Notes under the pieces: generated by a model | Databases searched by the model: none | The model's input: only the letters and a program-made list of their open reading frames with translations | What the model was told of the DNA's origin: nothing | Position numbers and translations under genes: made by a program | Source of the DNA: a virus | Taxonomy: Duplodnaviria; Caudoviricetes | IMG/VR virus record: IMGVR_UViG_3300017956_000087 | Location: 1-28,675 of that record | Length of the DNA stretch: 28,675 bases | Direction: 5' to 3' (one strand) | Part shown: positions 26,982 through 28,675 of the stretch, in pieces | How positions within the stretch are numbered: position 1 is the first letter of the stretch | Layout: the number at the start of each line of letters is the position of its first letter

Positions 26982-27909
26982 TGAAAACTCCTATAATATT
27001 TTTAATTTTTTCATCATCAAAGTTAAGTATTTCTTTTAAATACATAACTAACTCGTCAGAAATAGAAAGGTCTGATGTTAAATTTAATGTAGCGTCAATC
27101 TCTCTACGAACTACTTTTTTATCAAGTAATTCTGAGTTCTTGACTTTAGCTAAATCTTGTACATCTCCCTCTAGTTCATAGATAGTATGATGAAATTCAG
27201 TTTGTATCATTTCATTCGGGTCTTCCACAGTCTTACGAATAAGTTGTGGTAAGTTGAATTTATGCCATGTCCAATCATTCATTTGATTAGGGTTAATTAT
27301 TAGATAACCCGTTTGGACTTCGCTTCTGTGAAAAGATGTTGTCATTGGACTTCCTGGATACACAATATTTCGTTGAGTATTCTCGTGAGCATGTAAGTCT
27401 CCAGCAAATACAACATCAAACTTATCAAATCTATCTAAATCTACTTCTGGTACTACATGAGGTGGTATTTCTCCACGAACATGAGTAAATAAAACATCTG
27501 CTTGGATGCTTTCTATTTGTTTCTTTTTATGCAAATCCGCATAGGGAAGAATTGCCCAATTATCCTCGTAGTGTGTTTCTGTTACTACTTCTACTAGAGG
27601 ATTTATACTATTTGTGGCACGAATTAAATTACTAAAAAATGTATGATTTTTTCTAGTTGCTTCGTGGTTTCCATCATAAATAATTGTTCTTACTTTTTGT
27701 TGTTTAACAAAATCAAAGTAAAGAGTAAGTTCATCCATAGAAGGAACTCTATCAAATAAATCTCCGCCTATGATATGTAAGGAAACATTATGTTCGTCAA
27801 TAGCATCTTGCACTTGTTCAAAAAACATTTGATATCTAGCACAAGCCCATGCTGTGGGGACATTTTTTTGTCCTAATTTAATATGCCAATCTGCTGTAAA
27901 TAAAATCAT
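26950..27909 (-). CDS. sbcD: SbcD/Mre11-like metallophosphoesterase nuclease (T5 D12-like)
   Basis: FTADWH, GGDLFD, DGNHE, FTH, AGDLH and YPGSP motifs. Confidence 0.95.
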   Translation of the reverse strand: MILFTADWHIKLGQKNVPTAWACARYQMFFEQVQDAIDEHNVSLHIIGGDLFDRVPSMDELTLYFDFVKQQKVRTIIYDGNHEATRKNHTFFSNLIRATNSINPLVEVVTETHYEDNWAILPYADLHKKKQIESIQADVLFTHVRGEIPPHVVPEVDLDRFDKFDVVFAGDLHAHENTQRNIVYPGSPMTTSFHRSEVQTGYLIINPNQMNDWTWHKFNLPQLIRKTVEDPNEMIQTEFHHTIYELEGDVQDLAKVKNSELLDKKVVRREIDATLNLTSDLSISDELVMYLKEILNFDDEKIKNIIGVFNDYSSEVEMG

Positions 27910-28406
27910 TTAATCCACCTAAGTCCATGTAATTGTTTTATGTCTGACCATATAAACCAAGCGTAATCAGTAGAGTCAGTTCCACTGCCTGTAAATGAAG
28001 GTCTTTTACTAAGTACGACCAGCCCATCAGGTGTAAATTGTTTCCAAAAATCATGTCTTGCTTGGCTTCCTAAAAAATTAATTCTTAATAACATGATTAC
28101 TGTTGAAGCACACGCTATGGAGTGCTCAATAAATTCTCTTGCAATACTAAAGGGTGGATTGGTGAGGATTAAATCTACCTCACCATCCCACTCAAAATAA
28201 TCTTTGCCTTCTTGAATTTCTGTCCAAGAAGTCTTGATTCCTTTGTTTTGTAGAAAAGATACTATTCTGCCATCTCCTTTGCATGGTTCATGCGCAGTCT
28301 TAAATTGACTCCAATCAATAGGGAGTTTTTCGTAACACCACTCAGGAGTTGGATAAAAATCGTATGCGTTTCTAGGCAACGAAGTCCTCGCCTGGTTGCC
28401 ATTCAC
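27906..28406 (-). CDS. Small amino (N6-adenine/N4-cytosine) DNA methyltransferase
   Basis: DFYPTP, EPCKGDG SAM-binding motif and ILTNPPF catalytic motif. The true start may be the TTG at 28379, which has GAGG upstream. Confidence 0.85.
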   Translation of the reverse strand: MNGNQARTSLPRNAYDFYPTPEWCYEKLPIDWSQFKTAHEPCKGDGRIVSFLQNKGIKTSWTEIQEGKDYFEWDGEVDLILTNPPFSIAREFIEHSIACASTVIMLLRINFLGSQARHDFWKQFTPDGLVVLSKRPSFTGSGTDSTDYAWFIWSDIKQLHGLRWIK

Positions 28407-28674
28407 AACCTGTTAATCCACCAGCTTTAATTGCTTGTAGAGTTCTAAGTACTTCGTTGGCATTTCTGCCTGTATCAAGTGCATTTACACTTACGTGCTG
28501 TACAATATCATTTCTATCTATGATATATGTGGCTCTATAGCAAACACCTGCTTCTTCGTTTACTATTCCAAGTTTAGAAGACAGTCCTAAACCGCAATCT
28601 GCAGCTAAAGAGTGTTTGATGTTGCCAATGAGTTCATTATCTTGTTTCCAAGCTAATTTACAGAACTCATTGTC
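28372..28674 (-). CDS. ahpC: Peroxiredoxin AhpC, C-terminal part (5'-truncated by the window; missing from the ORF track)
   Basis: Manual translation: DNEFCKLAWKQDNELIGNIKHSLAADCGLGLSSKLGIVNEEAGVCYRATYIIDRNDIVQHVSVNALDTGRNANEVLRTLQAIKAGGLTGCEWQPGEDFVA*, containing the RATYIID, GRN..EVLR and C.W.PG motifs. Confidence 0.9.
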   Translation of the reverse strand, partial: DNEFCKLAWKQDNELIGNIKHSLAADCGLGLSSKLGIVNEEAGVCYRATYIIDRNDIVQHVSVNALDTGRNANEVLRTLQAIKAGGLTGCEWQPGEDFVA

Positions 28675-28675
28675 G

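Overview
AT-rich bacteriophage DNA with T5-like (Demerecviridae-like) gene order, probably from a marine or aquatic phage; the host cannot be determined from this window. The + strand (1-17451) is a late tail module. It starts with a 5'-truncated tail-tip/host-specificity-J-like protein ending in a Hint (intein-like) domain. A perfect sigma70 promoter then drives a p132/BppU-like collar protein, a chain of tail-fibre segments and small adaptors, a 1191-aa Thr-rich protein, and two glycosyltransferase-like genes. The - strand (28675-17437) is a replication/metabolism module: partial peroxiredoxin, DNA methyltransferase, D12/D13 (SbcD/SbcC), glutaredoxin, D14 resolvase, D15 flap endonuclease, nrdA, nrdB, then a GT2-like GT, a short UDP-sugar dehydrogenase, a GT8-like GT and a GT29 sialyltransferase-like gene. 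The most striking signal is the Thr-rich protein. Its repeat blocks are mirror-symmetric in unit length and copy number (8x22, 16-mers, 4x30, 4x20 | turn | 4x20, ~4x30, 16-mer, 8x22) about a central VPG loop, which suggests a giant antiparallel beta-hairpin filament. It lies next to a six-gene glycosylation cluster, so this is a candidate phage-encoded glycosylated (possibly sialic-acid- or Kdo-decorated) mucin-like virion fibre system. All family assignments are from motif recognition, not database searches.
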